64,000 nucleotides of DNA, taken from assembly GCA_046563655.1 (NCBI GenBank), contig CM102285.1, forward strand, positions 8,122,001 through 8,186,000, in the 5' to 3' direction. The notes beneath the pieces are model-generated. The model did not search any database. It was not told the origin of the DNA and was given only the letters and a program-made list of their open reading frames with translations. This document shows positions 1 through 13,100 of this stretch, piece after piece. The position numbers and the translations under genes were made by a program. Origin of the DNA: Yuukianura sp. NJ FZ-2021 (taxonomy: Eukaryota). The stretch's first letter is position 1; every line of letters begins with the position of its first letter.

Positions 1-2700
1 TAATGCAACTAAGTAAAACAAACAAAGTTTTTTGGGTTTTATGAGATTTCAACAGAGATCTTCTGGATTCAACTAACTACTCTTGTCAATTAATCTCAAT
101 TGTTGAAGAAGAAGAACTTGTTAAAGAATCAACTAGAGATTTGGCATTATTGGACTTGATAATAACAAATTTCGAATGTGGAACAGAAATCAAAATTATA
201 GACTATGGTGTTTCTGACCATGCATTGACAATGGTCAAATTTAACACTGTAAAATCAAAAAGGAAACAAATATTGATTGAATCTAGAGATTATTCGAAAA
301 CCAAACCAAATTAAACTTAATGAAATTATGTTGGAAAAATTTAACGATTTTGAAGACTTTAAAGAAGTGAATAACATGCTGAATTTTGTCATTAATGAGA
401 CCGTCGAAGTCTTCGACAGGGTGGCACCGATCACAAAAAAACGAAAAAACTCTGAAATAAAGCGTACAAATAAACCATCTTCAGAACTAACTAGCTTGAT
501 TAAGCAGTGTGATGAAAAGTTCAAGACGCTGCGACGAACAGGTCTCGAAATACTAAAGGAAGACAAAAAAAATTAAAAAAGAGGTCAAAAAGTTGACAAA
601 AAAAGAAATTCGACAAAGAATAGCCGAAAAGTTAAAAAACAGACGTTTGGACAACCTTAAAAAATGAATTAAATTTTGAACTAAAAAAAAGACAAACAAT
701 GCCTAACGTAGACTTTGACATTAATGAATTAAATGAATTTTACATCAAAAATTCGTTTCCAGAGGATGTTGTTCCTTACAATACACTTGAGGACAATAAG
801 ATCTGCAATATAAATGACGAATTGTTTGTTGTAAAGGAAATTAAAGCTTGTGAAGTAAAAAAAAACATGGAGAAAAATTAAGAATCGAAATTCAACTGTT
901 GAAATAGATGGAATTAGTAAAAAAATGTTCAGTATACTGATGAGCTTTCCAAATTTTGTTCAGACTTTAACAAAATTTTGCAACTTGAGTTTGGCAAGCG
1001 GAGAAATACCAAAATTATTAAAAAGAACAAGAATTTGCCCCATCCCAAAAATTAAAGATGCAAGAAACTTTAAAGATTTTCGTCCGATTGGAATTTCGCA
1101 TTTTCTGTTGATTTTACTTGAAAAACTTTATGTGCAAAAATTTTTGGAACACTTAAAAAATAACAATTTGTCTCTAAGTGTCAATCAGTTTGGCTGTCGA
1201 AAAAATCATTCGACTGAACAGGCTATGATATACACTGTGGACAATATTAAAAAACAACTTGATTTGGGCAAAGTATGTTTAATGGTCAGCATTGACCTAA
1301 AAAATGCTTTTCCAACAGTACATAGAGAAAACTTTCTTAAAAAATTGAGGAAACAATTTAAAGTATCTGACTTTTGGTTACGGAGCTATTTTACAGACAG
1401 AACACAGTTTGTACAAATTGGCGACACTAAATCTGAGGAGAGGAATAATTTAACAGGTTTGATTCAAGGAAGTGTGTTGGGACCTATTTTTTTCACTTTC
1501 TACATAAATGATTTAGAAAATGTATTATTAGTCTCCAGACCACAACTTTTTGTGGATGATACAAACCTGATGTTTATTGGAGAGTGGAAGAAAAAAACAG
1601 CATTAAGAGAAGGGGTGAATGGTGAATTACTAAGGGTGACTAATTGGATTGACGAGAACTATTTGGTAATAAATAGTGACAAAACTAAAGTCCTGATTTT
1701 TGGAAGTAAAAAACAATTGGAGATTTTTGGCAATTTTGAAATAATGGTTAAAGGTTATTTGATCGAGTATTCGGAAGTAATCAAAAGTTTGGGATTGATA
1801 TTACAAAAGGATCTGAAATGGGACAAACATATTGATGCGGTTATTAAAAAATGCTACATTATAATAATCAATGCATATAAAGTCAGAGAATTTCTAACAG
1901 AAAAAGCAAAAAAGATATTTATGGAAGCAATGGTACAATCAATTCTAAAATATATGTTTGTACTCTACGGTCAAACTACAATGAAGAATTTGAAAAAAGT
2001 CGAAAAAGTGATACGAACAATGGCGAGATTCGTCACTGGTTTAAAGAAATTTGAACCAGTGGCTGAGGAATTAACAAACAAGTTAAATTGGCTTCTTCCA
2101 AAATTCTTTTATGAGTTTCAAGTTTTGTGTACAACACATAAACTTTTATATGACAAGCACGTTGGTGCATTTGATGACTACTACAAATATACTTCTGAAG
2201 TACATAATTACCCGACTTCAAGGTCAAACAAGAACTTGTTAACGTATGAACATTATAACAAAGGAAAACTTTGGCAAACGACATTCCAAGCACGTTCAAT
2301 TCAGTTATGGAACTCTTTACCCCCAGAAATTACAAACCTCAAGAATTACCAAAAGTTTAAAGATTCTGTTAAAACGATGTTAATTAAGAAGCAAGGACAT
2401 TCCTTAGGCATAAGTGCTTAGGATTAAGTAATTAATTTTATAGGATAAGTTTGCAATGTCATTAACTTTTAATTTTAATTTTAAGCGAATAGTTTTAAGG
2501 AAATAAGACTTAGGGTTAAGTTAATGAGTAATTTAATTTTTGTTTTATTTTTAAACGTAAAAAAACACAATTTTGATTGGTTTAGTGAAAGATTAAAGAC
2601 TGAAATTGAATTGACAAGATGTAAAGCCACTAGCGTGGGTATCTTGTCACTAACAATTATGAAAGAAAAATGACAAGAATAAATTGAAAAAAAAAAAAAA
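1..2700 (+). mobile_element. Non-LTR retrotransposon (LINE, CR1/L2-like group), 3' part with poly(A) tail
   Basis: Frameshifted endonuclease/linker fragments at 1-900 (LLDLIITN..., SDH), RT ORF 925-2421, AT-rich 3' UTR, AATAAA at 2678-2683 and A-tail at 2687-2700. The 5' end lies outside the window. Confidence 0.92.
925..2421 (+). CDS. LINE ORF2 reverse transcriptase domain and C-terminal region
   Basis: Motifs PIPK, FRPIGI, NQFGCRKNHST, IDLKNAF, QGSVLGPIFF..YINDL, FVDDT, LWNSLP. Confidence 0.93.
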   Translation: MFSILMSFPNFVQTLTKFCNLSLASGEIPKLLKRTRICPIPKIKDARNFKDFRPIGISHFLLILLEKLYVQKFLEHLKNNNLSLSVNQFGCRKNHSTEQAMIYTVDNIKKQLDLGKVCLMVSIDLKNAFPTVHRENFLKKLRKQFKVSDFWLRSYFTDRTQFVQIGDTKSEERNNLTGLIQGSVLGPIFFTFYINDLENVLLVSRPQLFVDDTNLMFIGEWKKKTALREGVNGELLRVTNWIDENYLVINSDKTKVLIFGSKKQLEIFGNFEIMVKGYLIEYSEVIKSLGLILQKDLKWDKHIDAVIKKCYIIIINAYKVREFLTEKAKKIFMEAMVQSILKYMFVLYGQTTMKNLKKVEKVIRTMARFVTGLKKFEPVAEELTNKLNWLLPKFFYEFQVLCTTHKLLYDKHVGAFDDYYKYTSEVHNYPTSRSNKNLLTYEHYNKGKLWQTTFQARSIQLWNSLPPEITNLKNYQKFKDSVKTMLIKKQGHSLGISA

Positions 2701-4152
2701 CTCCATGTGCGAAACCCCTACCATGATGAATTCCTGGACTACATTAAAGTATTAAGTCCAATTTATCCCATGTTAACGCGATTGTTGGAAACTGTGGTAT
2801 ACCTTTCTACACTAATAGAAGACGTACTAATAATCTCCATATAAAATATTCTTCTTACAATGTCTGTTTTTAGAACATAGATGATCCCATCAGCAAACAT
2901 GTGACGCAACAGATCGGTTCGTGTAAACAAGCCTCACCCGTGAATGCCGGACCAATGTCGCGTTCCACAAAAAACCTAATTCAATACTTAGAAGATCCTC
3001 GGTTCAAACAAATGGTGATTGAAACAAGATTCCTAAGGGAAAAAAATTGTGAAACTGTTTGTGTGTGCCTTTAAATTCAATTTTAATCCTCTACTGATGC
3101 ATAATATGTTTAACCTAGTTGCTGAGTGGACGGTGTGCTTATGACATTGACGGTCAAGTTTTAGGTGTTTCCCATACGGGTCCCCGCTACATGGTATCCA
3201 GGTAGGTAAAACTATTGTATTTCCTATTTACGAAACCCTTAGCCGGTATAATAGTTGGTATTTTCTGTTGTTAGTTCGTGGATTTTAGATAGCAACCAAA
3301 TGGATTTCCCCGAAGCAATCGTTAAATTTGAAAAGAAATTATCAAAACATGGTGCGAGTTTCGTAAAAAGTCGTTGGACTGATGCCGCTGGGAATCATGA
3401 CACCTTAAGGATCCCTAAACCCAAAGCTGGTAACCTCCTAAAACCTTAAATCGAGAAATCTTTTCTGATTTGTATTGTTGTGTCCTTAGTTTTCTTCCCC
3501 CAAGATCTGCTGACACCTTCTCCCATTGAAGGGGGGGTTTTCTATTGTGGTATTTGTTACGCACATGCTGAGGAATCGAATACAAAGCAAATGGATGGTC
3601 CTGAGCCTCAGAAATTTACAGTTACTGAATTTGCCGATCATGTGTTAGAGCACGATCCCCTCTCCCGAATCGACCAGCCCTGTGGGTGTTACCAGACACT
3701 ATGGGTTTCCAATCGAGATGCCCATGCCCTCCGTTGCTCTTCCTGGGTCTGCTTTCATCACGACTTTACTGTACGTGAAAAAATCTATCGAACCATGTCC
3801 TTTGGTAAATAGTCTAATCGCCTTTTCATTCTCTTTTCAGGCCGAAGAAAAACGCAACCATCTATTTAAAGACAAAGAACATAATCAAAAACACCGTGGT
3901 TGCAATTTTTGTAATTTATGCAACGAAAATTTGAAGAATATTGAAGAATTTGAACGTCATAATGTAGAGCAGTGTAGGTTTTGCCGTAATTGTTGGACGC
4001 TCTTTTCCGAGTTAGACGTGTCCCGTGAGGAACACCAAAGGTTGTGCTATCGTTGTTATTGCGGTGTTATCTATACCAGTCCGCAAGAGTGCCTTAATTG
4101 TCGGGTACACTGTTTGAAAGGAAATGTGTATTTGCCCCGCCTTATAAACTAA
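2701..4152 (+). pseudogene. Last six exons of the element-borne antisense Cys/His-rich gene (copy A), interrupted by the LINE insertion
   Basis: Exons 2701-2796, 2874-3014, 3119-3201, 3275-3429, 3490-3770, 3841-4152 join in frame across GT-AG introns. The five complete exons have the same lengths as in copy B. Confidence 0.85.
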
Positions 4153-4239
4153 GTGTGTTATATTCTAATGATTAAAAATCAACCCTATTTGTGTTACCTA
4201 TATTACATCACCCTCTTCGCTAAAAAAAATTTCCTTTAA

Positions 4240-4812
4240 GGACGGGTAAGAGGCAGCGTTTGTTTAAGATTTGGTGTCAGCCATTGTCATTAGTAACAAA
4301 GCAAAATCACTGCTCAAACTTGCAAAAGTCGGCACTGTTTCCAATGGTTGACAAACCAAAGTTTTTCGTAGGATAGTAATTCAAACATCCATGGGTTCAA
4401 CAACAACTTTGTGCCCATGGAGACGGTTGAATTCAGTGCCGATATTTGCAAATTGTTGAATAATGTCAGAATTACATCTGTTTTGTCTTATAACTTTTTT
4501 ATTATAAGACCTAAAAATGCGTTTGAGGTGTCTAAAAATCCGAAAGACCATGGCACATAAGTTATATTTACCAGATTCCCGAATTTTTTTATCATAACAG
4601 GCTTAGAAAAAAATAAACGTTGTATGCAATTTTTAACCTCATTCCAGAACAAAAAGGCAAATTCTGAGAAATATAACTTATTCTACTGATAATAACGAAT
4701 TTTTAGAGTCCTCATACACATTTCTGCGTTATTCCTGTGAATACTTATAGGACCCTAAAGTTAATTAATTTGAGCCGAAACGAGACCCACCGTTGCCATG
4801 TGTGATTCCTTC
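4240..4812. mobile_element. ~570 bp non-coding insertion flanked by TTAA (Kolobok-like or other TTAA-specific MITE)
   Basis: Absent from the homologous position of copy B; TTAA at 4236-4239 and 4813-4816; only weak purine-starting terminal inverted similarity. Confidence 0.55.
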
Positions 4813-4869
4813 TTAAACCCGTTTTTATTTGTTTTATTACGTATGAATCCGGTTCAAATAAAACCAATA

Positions 4870-5248
4870 TGAGAGGACCTCCTGCGGATGTGTCACTCCC
4901 ACGTCGACAGAAGCCCAGGAAGAGACATCGTCATGCTGTATCTCGGATGGCCTGGATCCAGATTCTTCCCAACTCTGCCAATGAACACAAATACCAAAAA
5001 CTCTGCTAACAACAAACTCCAAACTCTCCTTCCAAATGGGTCTCAGGTATCTTTATTCACAATCCCCCGATAACCGAAGTGTTCCCTCTCACTGGACTCA
5101 AATCGTAATACTTCCTTGGGTAGAGATCCTCTCCTGAGGACCTCTACTCAAGTACTGACTGTGGCTGAGTCGCTCCTCTCCTTAGCGCCTACAGCCTGTA
5201 GAGCTGTATCCACGAGTGAGGTTACTTACCCCGGAAAGAGACCTCACA
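4870..5248 (-). repeat. LTR (5' LTR of copy A)
   Basis: TG...CA ends; about 25 differences from the 380 bp LTRs of copy B by manual count. Confidence 0.95.
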
Positions 5249-5847
5249 GTCCGGGGTACAGAGCTATAAATACTGGCGATCTTGTCGAGATTTACAAATG
5301 TGATGTCATTACTGATTACATGCTGCTACCACAAACTGAGTGCGTCTTAGAATGGCCCATTGAATTTTTTCATTCTACAGAAAAACGGGAAGGTTATTTG
5401 GCTGGAATTACGCACGAGATTTTTGACAAACCAACCTACGTTGCATGCCAAGCTCCAAATTATTATTTAAATTACGGAAATCTCACTCTTCACCTCACTA
5501 ACCGAACTGCTGTTGAAGATTATCCAATGATTTCTTTTTCTTACAGTGATTTAGAGATTGCAAAAATGTCCGGACTTAGTTTTACCTCACCAGGTTCTTA
5601 TTCTGTGGAGGAAATAACAGGTTCAGACACATTCATTGCTCTTAGGAGGGAAATCCAAAATTTAAATCGCATAGATTATCTAGTAGACAAGTATGTAAAA
5701 GGAGAAACTTTAGATCCTTTTGACAACAATTCTTTGTCTCGTTTCAGTGAATTCATCATTTCTCCGTTTCAGGATAACATTTCTTTTATTGGACTGATTG
5801 TTGTCGCAACTTTCTTATTTCTACTTTTTATGAAATTCTGCTACTAA
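5249..5847 (+). pseudogene. C-terminal part of an env-like class III (chuvirus-G/gB-like) glycoprotein of a different, older LTR element, including a transmembrane helix
   Basis: YRAINTGDLVEIYKC...ECVLEWP...GYLAGITHEIFDKPTYVAC aligns with env-1 YIATLAGDAISLKMC...NCTRNMP...GYMNALSHQIVLEPEPVLC; hydrophobic ISFIGLIVVATFLFLLFM. The first ~44 aa of track ORF 5116-5847 are LTR sequence. Confidence 0.75.
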
Positions 5848-7819
5848 AGAAAAGATGTGATTCTCACCAGATTCACACAATTACGTAACAGAACAACTAA
5901 TTCAGACTATATTTCTTTGGACAATTTCGACTAGGTTAATATTGCCATTCCTAAAATACTGGGAACAAGCGTTAAAAGACGAGCTCCTCGCAGGCCAGCT
6001 CCAAAACCGCGACCTTTGTACGCTCTCAGACCCGACACTTGTTTGCAAATAAATACGAATATGACACAGACAAACCAAGGAACAAATTTCCAAAAGTTTC
6101 CTACCCAATAGATGAGCTTCGAAAAATCGAGGTTTGAACAAACTTTCACTTTCCTTAAAAAATTTTACTTTTACATTTGGTTTCCAGATTTAATTCTTAT
6201 ATCTTGATACGTTCAAAAACTAAAAAAGAAACGTAAAACACCAAACCAAAAAAGAAAAGAGAAAATTAAGGAGAGAAAACGTGCCAAATCTAAGTTTGTT
6301 CAATCCTGCCGTGACAATATTTCTTCGGAAACTGATCTACCTAACAAAAATCGCTTCCAAACTAAATCTTTTCGGGCTAGACTAAATTATGTTATTTCAA
6401 CGGAAAAATTAAAACAAAGATTAGCACAACAAGAAAAATTTAGGAATACGCTCAAAAACTTGACCCACAAACTTTCTCTTATAATTCACTTGAGGAACCT
6501 ATCGAACTTGTATCAAATCTAGTGATTGTAAAGGATCCAGCAGTGGAAGTTACAGGAACAGTAACGAAATTCTTTACTTTTCCTGACCCTAGACCAGACT
6601 TACCAGATGTACCAATAATTAAGGGAGTAATAGAATATAATGGTATTCATCCAGCTATTTATAGATATAAACTAAAGCCTTTACACTCCTCTTTAGTTAA
6701 GAATCCTAAAGTGGGTAAACAATTTACTCCTTATGGAAAATTACTTAGGACTGAAACAGAAAAATCTTTTTATTTTAAGAAATATTGAAACAATCCGGAA
6801 ATGCTAGCAATGTACAAAGTTAGTTTCTAGGATTCTTTAAAAATATTTGCACCGAAACGCCCCCTATACATCATTCCAGTAGATGCTCCTAAACCACTCA
6901 CGTCCATGGAGGCAGCGACACGTTACCTGGAACATCTAAAGGCTACACAACCATCCACTGTAACTCCATAGGAAGAAAAGTCACCGCAGTGATTCCGCCT
7001 CCTAAATTCCTTATCGACTTAAGTATGCTGTCCCAATGTTGTTCCGCTAAGGGGAGATATGTTACACACTTCAATAAGTCTAAAATAGATTTATTACTAA
7101 GTTCACTTTCACTTGCATTCCATTTGTAAGTACTGGCCATGTTAAAGATACTTTTTAGTACCAACTGCACTTTAGTCTTTTCGAAACTTGTTAGATAATT
7201 GTTAAGAGTAAGTAAAGTGCATAGGACAGGAATGCACCCTGACCATCCCTAACCCTGTAGTAACATTAGTGATGAGGGTGATGAGCCACTTTCAAGACCC
7301 ACAAATCTCCAGTCGCCCCAGAACCGAATGACCACGTGTGTCAAAACAGGATTTGCCGGTCTGAAACTTGCGCCACTTGTGTACCAATGCATAAAAATGT
7401 AAGAAGCACAATGTGTACCAATGTACTATTACTATGAATGGTCAGAATTTTCAGAACGGCAAGTGACTCATGAACAAGAAAGAACACTCTACATTAGTCA
7501 TATCCTACACAATATACAGTTGTGTTCTTTTTTACTTGAAGAACATTTCTTACTAAGTTGCGTAAGATTGCATATAGGCACTTAGTCTTTTCCAGTGGTA
7601 CTATTAATACCTGTGAGCGGTTTAAGCGGATTAAACCACTCACACTCTAAGGCGCAATAAGCCTATAAGTATTAGCTCATATTTGGGCCCAAGGCCACTT
7701 TAGGGCGCATGAGCCAATAAGCTGGAATCCCTCCAGGTTGACTAAGCCCGGAGGCATTCCCATTACAACGAATGAGTCATATACATATTTACCTTAAGAG
7801 TATCTCTTTATATGTAGAG

Positions 7820-8450
7820 AGTTGATATCTGGACTCCGAGGGAGTCGGAGGCGATAGTGTGCTTAGGCTCCGCGGGAGTCTGAGCCGGAGCAGCAATAGT
7901 TAAGTGCTGACCGGCGTTGGATGTCCGACGGCCGAGGTCAAGAGGTCACGCGTCTATTAGCATATAGTTATCCTAACTTGTAAACCTGTTAGTAGGTTAG
8001 TTGGCAGTTGCCATATAAGGAAGGTCAAGTTGAAGGTGACCTTTGACCTTTGACACATACGGTGAAGTCTTCATGGAGTAGGGAGTTTTCTAGATCTCAA
8101 TAAACATAAGACGCTCAACAACCCTATTGTTCTTCTGACGTTTATTATATTTTCTGAATTGGAGTTTATCTCAAGATACGATAGTGTTGTATTTGAGGAA
8201 TATTGCACCGCCGATTACAGTCCTTATTCACATTCCGAGAGCGGAGTTGTCGTTTCAGAGAGGCTCTGTTTGTGTTTGGCTTGCGGTTTTGGTCGTTTCG
8301 ACGGCTGACGGATTCCGAGTACGGAGAAGCCAGAACCAGAGAGATTCCAGAAGCCCTTGCTGGTCAAGCCGACTTCCGGAAGTATGCCGCCTAAATGGGT
8401 GACAATACCTACAACGAAAGTGCACTGCACACTGCACTGTAACTGTAACA
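7820..8450 (+). repeat. Possible LTR of the older plus-strand env-bearing element (boundaries uncertain)
   Basis: TATA-like CATATAAG near 8012, AATAAA at 8099, ends near TGTAACA at about 8450. No partner LTR in the window. Confidence 0.3.
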
Positions 8451-10905
8451 ATATGGGACGAACTTGAAAGGAAATTAATTGTGTAATTAGCTATTTAAGG
8501 ACTTGCCACACCTGGAACTGCACCAATCGATGGTCAAGCAGAGACTCTTTCAAATCTTAGCTCACTAGACAGTGACCTTACCAGGTGAAGCTAGTGTTCC
8601 AAAAGTTTCTTTGGTTCATCGAATAAACAAACGACTCAAGTGTCATATTTTCTTTCTTGATTTTTTATTGTTTCAAGTCGTCAGGACTTGTAATATTGGG
8701 TAAGTCTAAATGTCCAGTTTTCGATGAAAGGTCATGGAAGGTCATTGTTCCTTGTCATATTTTCTCCATTCGTTGTGACATTCTGTGTAATGCCACGGCA
8801 ATGTTCAGTCATTGCCATACTTTCATTACAATTTTCAAAATTACTAATTTTTCTTTTTATTTTTCCAGATTCTCTCCAGCCGATGTCTCCTGCCTCAATC
8901 AACACTACTTCGACGATTCCGATGCCAAAGCCGCCGACCATTTCGACTCTCAGTAATTGCAATCCACCCAATGGAGCATTGGATTTCACGAAATGGCGAA
9001 TTCCTAAGAGGTCAACTCGGGATGGCGAGGAACAAACTCTCATACTGCCGACTAAAGCGGAAAGGTTAGTACGGCCCTACTACTTCAAACTCGATGTCCA
9101 AAACTCTGCTCATGGTGCCTGCGTTTTGGCCACGAGATTGGACGATGCATCTTTCGAGCCCTTCAACTGATACCGACCTCAACGCTATCCTTCTCCAAAT
9201 CATGATGCTCCAGGAGAAGCATCGAACTAAGGTGGTAGGAATGTTATGATAACATAACGTCAACTATTTCTTAAAGTTCAAAAGTAAAGTTCATATGCAA
9301 ATGATCTGTTCGTTAAAGTTCATTTCTGCAAACAAAAGACATTTTCCTTTTGTTAGACATAGAATGTAGTTTGCAAATACTTTACATGTATGCCAAGTAG
9401 GGTAACTTGTGTCTTTGTTTTACTCCAGTGGTTTCCGGCTGAGACTCTATAAAAGGGCTCAATCAGGCCAATACAGAATGATTCTTTCCTTCTAGTTTCC
9501 TCTGGAACATTCCCTCTTGTACGGCCTCACTGCGAGGTCAGGGCTTAGTGTCCTTGTCCCTTCTTGTATTGAAATAAACACGGGTCAATACCATCTTTCA
9601 CATTGCAACTGGCAATTCCAACTCCGACTTTGAGAAGTACATTCATTTCAGTACAATGTTATGGATTTTTGATTCTTTAAGAAAACCTGTAATGCAAGAG
9701 ATCCAAGCCTTCAAAAGAATCATGCTTGGCATGAAGATGAGGGAGAAGAGCCGCAGGAGAATGCCAAGAAAGCCCTTGAATATTTGAACATCGTGGCGAA
9801 CACAAGCCCGATGAGTCAGAGGCAAGCGACAATGAAGGACACGTGGAAGTGCAAGCGGAATCGAAGCTGGAATACATGCGCCGTGCCGAAGAGTAGGAAC
9901 TCAACCTTCCATCAAATCCTTTTAAATGAAGGTGGTCTGGTTTACAAATTTAGAACCTCAATCACCTTTTCCGTTCCACGCTTGTCTTGGATTCGTCCGA
10001 TACTGTTCAGGTAATTAAGTTTGTCGCCAGAAATACTGAGTTTGCCATTTTTCTGGTTAAATTTAGAGTTACCTTTACAGTTCGGATGGATTCGTGGACC
10101 TTGTCTGTGCCATCTGTGTAAACGTTGGCGAAAAAGATATCTGGAATAACCTAACCCAACAAGTTAACTTAACTCTGGTATAACCTAAGCAATAAAATTG
10201 AAAGCAACGGAAAGGTGCTAACACTGCTGAAGGAATGACCGAAAAACTGAATGCCATGACAACCACGTGTTTGTGGAATTGCCCCAGTCGATTCCACTAG
10301 AATCTGTAGTTTAAAGTTCCCGCTAACTTTACATTTAAAATTCCCACAATTTCAGGCGTCGATCTTAGCCCTTTGTCACTGGTAGTACAATGCTTTCAGT
10401 CTGCTAAGTATTCGCTCTCTCACTTCTCATTAAGAATTAATTGTTTTCAATTAAGTAAACTAAGGGTCAAAAGCCATGTTTGATCTGAGCTTCTGAGATT
10501 GGTCAAAAAGGCTTTCCTGTCTTGCATAAAACTGTCACTTCAGAAAAACATATTAAAATTATTAAGAGAATTCTATGCTAGATAGTGATATTAATCTTAC
10601 TCAATCCCAACCTTATTATTACTAACCAAATATTGTCACACTGTTTTCAAGCTTGTCGAAGACGAACACTCTGCAGAATAAATACAATGGGGAAAAAAGA
10701 ATTTAAACATCAGTTTAAGACTAGAGATTTGAAGGAGAAGGATAGTGCCAAAACTATGCCGGGGCCAAGTTTTCATATTTATAATTTACTATTTTCAATG
10801 TATATAAGTTGTAATTTTGAGACATAACGCCAAGCTCATTATGAACCCATTTCCCAGAAAACGTAAATCGAGCGGCGTTGAAATTAGCAGTATAAAACAC
10901 TCAAG

Positions 10906-11324
10906 ATGGGAGAAGAAAACATTGCCTTAGCCCTCCTTGCACTTAAAAATCTTGTCAAGGTCAACTCAAATCATGCTTCACTTTCTCAACAACTCCAGTC
11001 CCTCACAGCTGAAGTCACTTCAATCAAACAAAGAGTCCAGATTACTGAAGATGAACAGAAAAATTCAATTCAAAATGCACAAGCCCACGAGGCAGACAAC
11101 GAAAGACTTCAAATCGCTGTCAATAAAACTAATCTCGTCTTACACATCCTTCAAAGTATTACAAATGAAACGAAACGATCGCTTATGTCCGAAATTGAAT
11201 CAATTTTTGCCCATAGTTTGCAGATTACCTAACCTAACCCAATGTTTCTTGTCATTGAAGCTTATAGAGGTTGCAAGTGAATTCTACAAAACCCAACCAA
11301 GCAAATCAAAATTGTTTTCAAATC
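10906..11324 (+). pseudogene. Decayed LINE ORF1 (coiled-coil), cut by the LTR element
   Basis: Coiled-coil ORF (LQSLTAEVTSIKQRVQITEDEQ...NKTNLVLH); LINE ORF2 remnants resume after the right TSD. Confidence 0.55.
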
Positions 11325-11329
11325 CCTCG

Positions 11330-11709
11330 TGAGAGGACCTCCTGCGGATGTGTCACTCCCACGTCGACAGTAGCCCAGGAAGAGACATCGTCATGCTGCA
11401 TCTCGGAGGGCCTGGATCCAGGCTGTTCCCAACTCTACCAATAAGCACAAATACCAAGACTCTGCTAACAACAAACTCCGAACTCTCCTTCCAAATGGGT
11501 CTCAGGTATGTCTTTATTCACAATCCCCCTATAACCGAAGTGCTCCCTCTCACTGGACTCAAACCGTAATACTTCCTTGGGTAGAGATCCTCTCCAGAGG
11601 ACCTCTACTCAAGTACTGACTCTTGCTGAGTCGCTCCTCTCCTTAGCGCCTACAGCCTATAGATCTGCATCCCCGAGTGAGGTCACTTACCCCGGAAAGA
11701 GACCTCACA
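11330..11709 (-). repeat. 3' LTR (380 bp)
   Basis: TGTGAGG...CCTCTCA on minus strand, AATAAA on minus near 11513-11518, about 3 substitutions versus the 5' LTR. Confidence 0.97.
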
Positions 11710-11723
11710 CACACCCCCCGTCC
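11710..11723 (-). promoter_or_regulatory. Polypurine tract
   Basis: GGACGGGGGGTGTG immediately precedes the 3' LTR on the minus strand. Confidence 0.8.
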
Positions 11724-11954
11724 AGTGAGAAAATTCACTAGCGGTTACTGTTACACTGCCTAGAAGTGTTAGTAAGATGTTATGGTAAACCCAAAAAAAA
11801 ATTTTCATTCGTAAGTTTTGTATTTTTGTATTTGATTTTTGAATGCACTTAAAGATAAACTACATGCTGTAACATACAGCGATAACTAAGACCCGTCACC
11901 TTCATCTAGGGTTGATTCCCAACTACGTATATGTGTGTTAGTATTTGAATTATT

Positions 11955-12984
11955 TTAATTCATGCGTGGCTTATCGTTGCAGCGTCCAATCTGAATCCCC
12001 AATAACGACACTTTGTCTTCGGCCTGACCATTTCGTAAGACCTCGTCGAACTCATTCGTTAACGGCAGGAAGTCTGATGTGGTGGTCAAAGAGGGTGCCC
12101 AGCGGTCCGTGGTCCACACTAGACGAACGTAATGAAGGCGTTGTCCACATATTGGCTCCACAAACATTGAGGCGACGAAGAAGCCAAGCGATGGACAGCG
12201 GATGAAGGTTTCACCTAATAGGCAAGTTTGATTAACATAAATGAGGCTTGAGCAGGGAGGTTCATTTCGAAAAACTTTATATTTGGAACCCCAAACCAAT
12301 GTTGATGAAATCATGTCACAAACTTCCGCTTTAATATCGCAAGGCATCAGGGACGGCATACCTTCGACAGTAATTTCGCCTCTTACATTAGTCCAAAACG
12401 GTCGAATAGTTAAGTAGTAATTCGTGACTTGGCTAGTTATGGTGGTCGGCCATTTGTACCAAGTAGTAGGCCGCCGTTGTGTCCCAAAAGTAGTGTCGTT
12501 TAGTCGTAAAAGCGGTGTTCCATTTGGGTCCCGGTAGGTAATAGCCAAAAGTTGGCAGTCTAGTCCTGACATGCGTTCCCAACGCTCTTCCTCATACGGG
12601 TAGTATATCCCAAAGAAGTATAACGTTTTAGATTCATACAAAATCTGGCGGCGGCATTCCAAGGCCAAGTCTGGTTGTTCTAAGTTTTCAGACGTATGTA
12701 AATCTAACGTCACCATCGCCTCGGGGACTTGAGAAGACGGAAGACAAGAATGTCGGTTTCCCCGTAACGCATACATAATTCCGAGTGTCCAATGTGACCG
12801 TTGCTCTAATGACTGAACTGGATATTTGTCACGTGATAATTGACCCATTTTCGCATCTGTTGCCTGAGACAAAGTGATATTATTGTTGTTGACCGTTGTT
12901 ATTTGCATCAAGTCGTTCTGCATCTCACGCTGAGTCGCCACAACACCCCCCCACCATGATGAGGAAAATTAGTGTGTTAACCAT
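11955..12984 (-). CDS. env-like paralog 4: secreted class III fusion-domain-like protein (one G-run frameshift after the start)
   Basis: ATG at 12984 gives signal peptide MVNTLIFLIMVGGVVA if the G7 run at 12946-12952 is G6. Motifs ECRRQ...LYFFG...DC...YKWP...VTNYY...CDIKAEVC...LVW. No TM helix. Confidence 0.8.
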
Positions 12985-13100
12985 CTTCTGCAATGCACAG
13001 AGAACAAAATGTATTATACAATAAAAGTACCCTTATTTGTAATTAATTATCCCATAAGCCCCTGTAAGCAAAACAAAATTAAAAATTAGTAAATGTTGCC

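Larger units (their letters stand above)
2701..5248 (-). mobile_element. Partial second copy (copy A) of the LTR element family at 11330-21160: 5' LTR, PBS and 3' part of the antisense spliced gene
   Basis: LTR 4870-5248 aligns to 20781-21160; PBS-like TGGTTTTATTTGAACCGGATTC adjoins it on the minus strand; 2701-4152 aligns exon by exon to ~19170-20617. Interrupted on the left by the LINE. Confidence 0.92.

Noticed and set aside
4888..5247. Small repeated ORFs MCHSHVD... and MGRDPL... (also at 11348, 20799, 21028) as genes
   Set aside because: They lie wholly or mostly in the LTR, and the MCHSHVD frame differs between copies A and B; only a short part might serve as an antisense first exon.
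8600..10800. Host gene, or an LTR near 9365-9602 (TATAAAA, AATAAA)
   Set aside because: Exon-like fragments and promoter-like words are present, but I find no recognisable domain, partner LTR, PBS or TSD.
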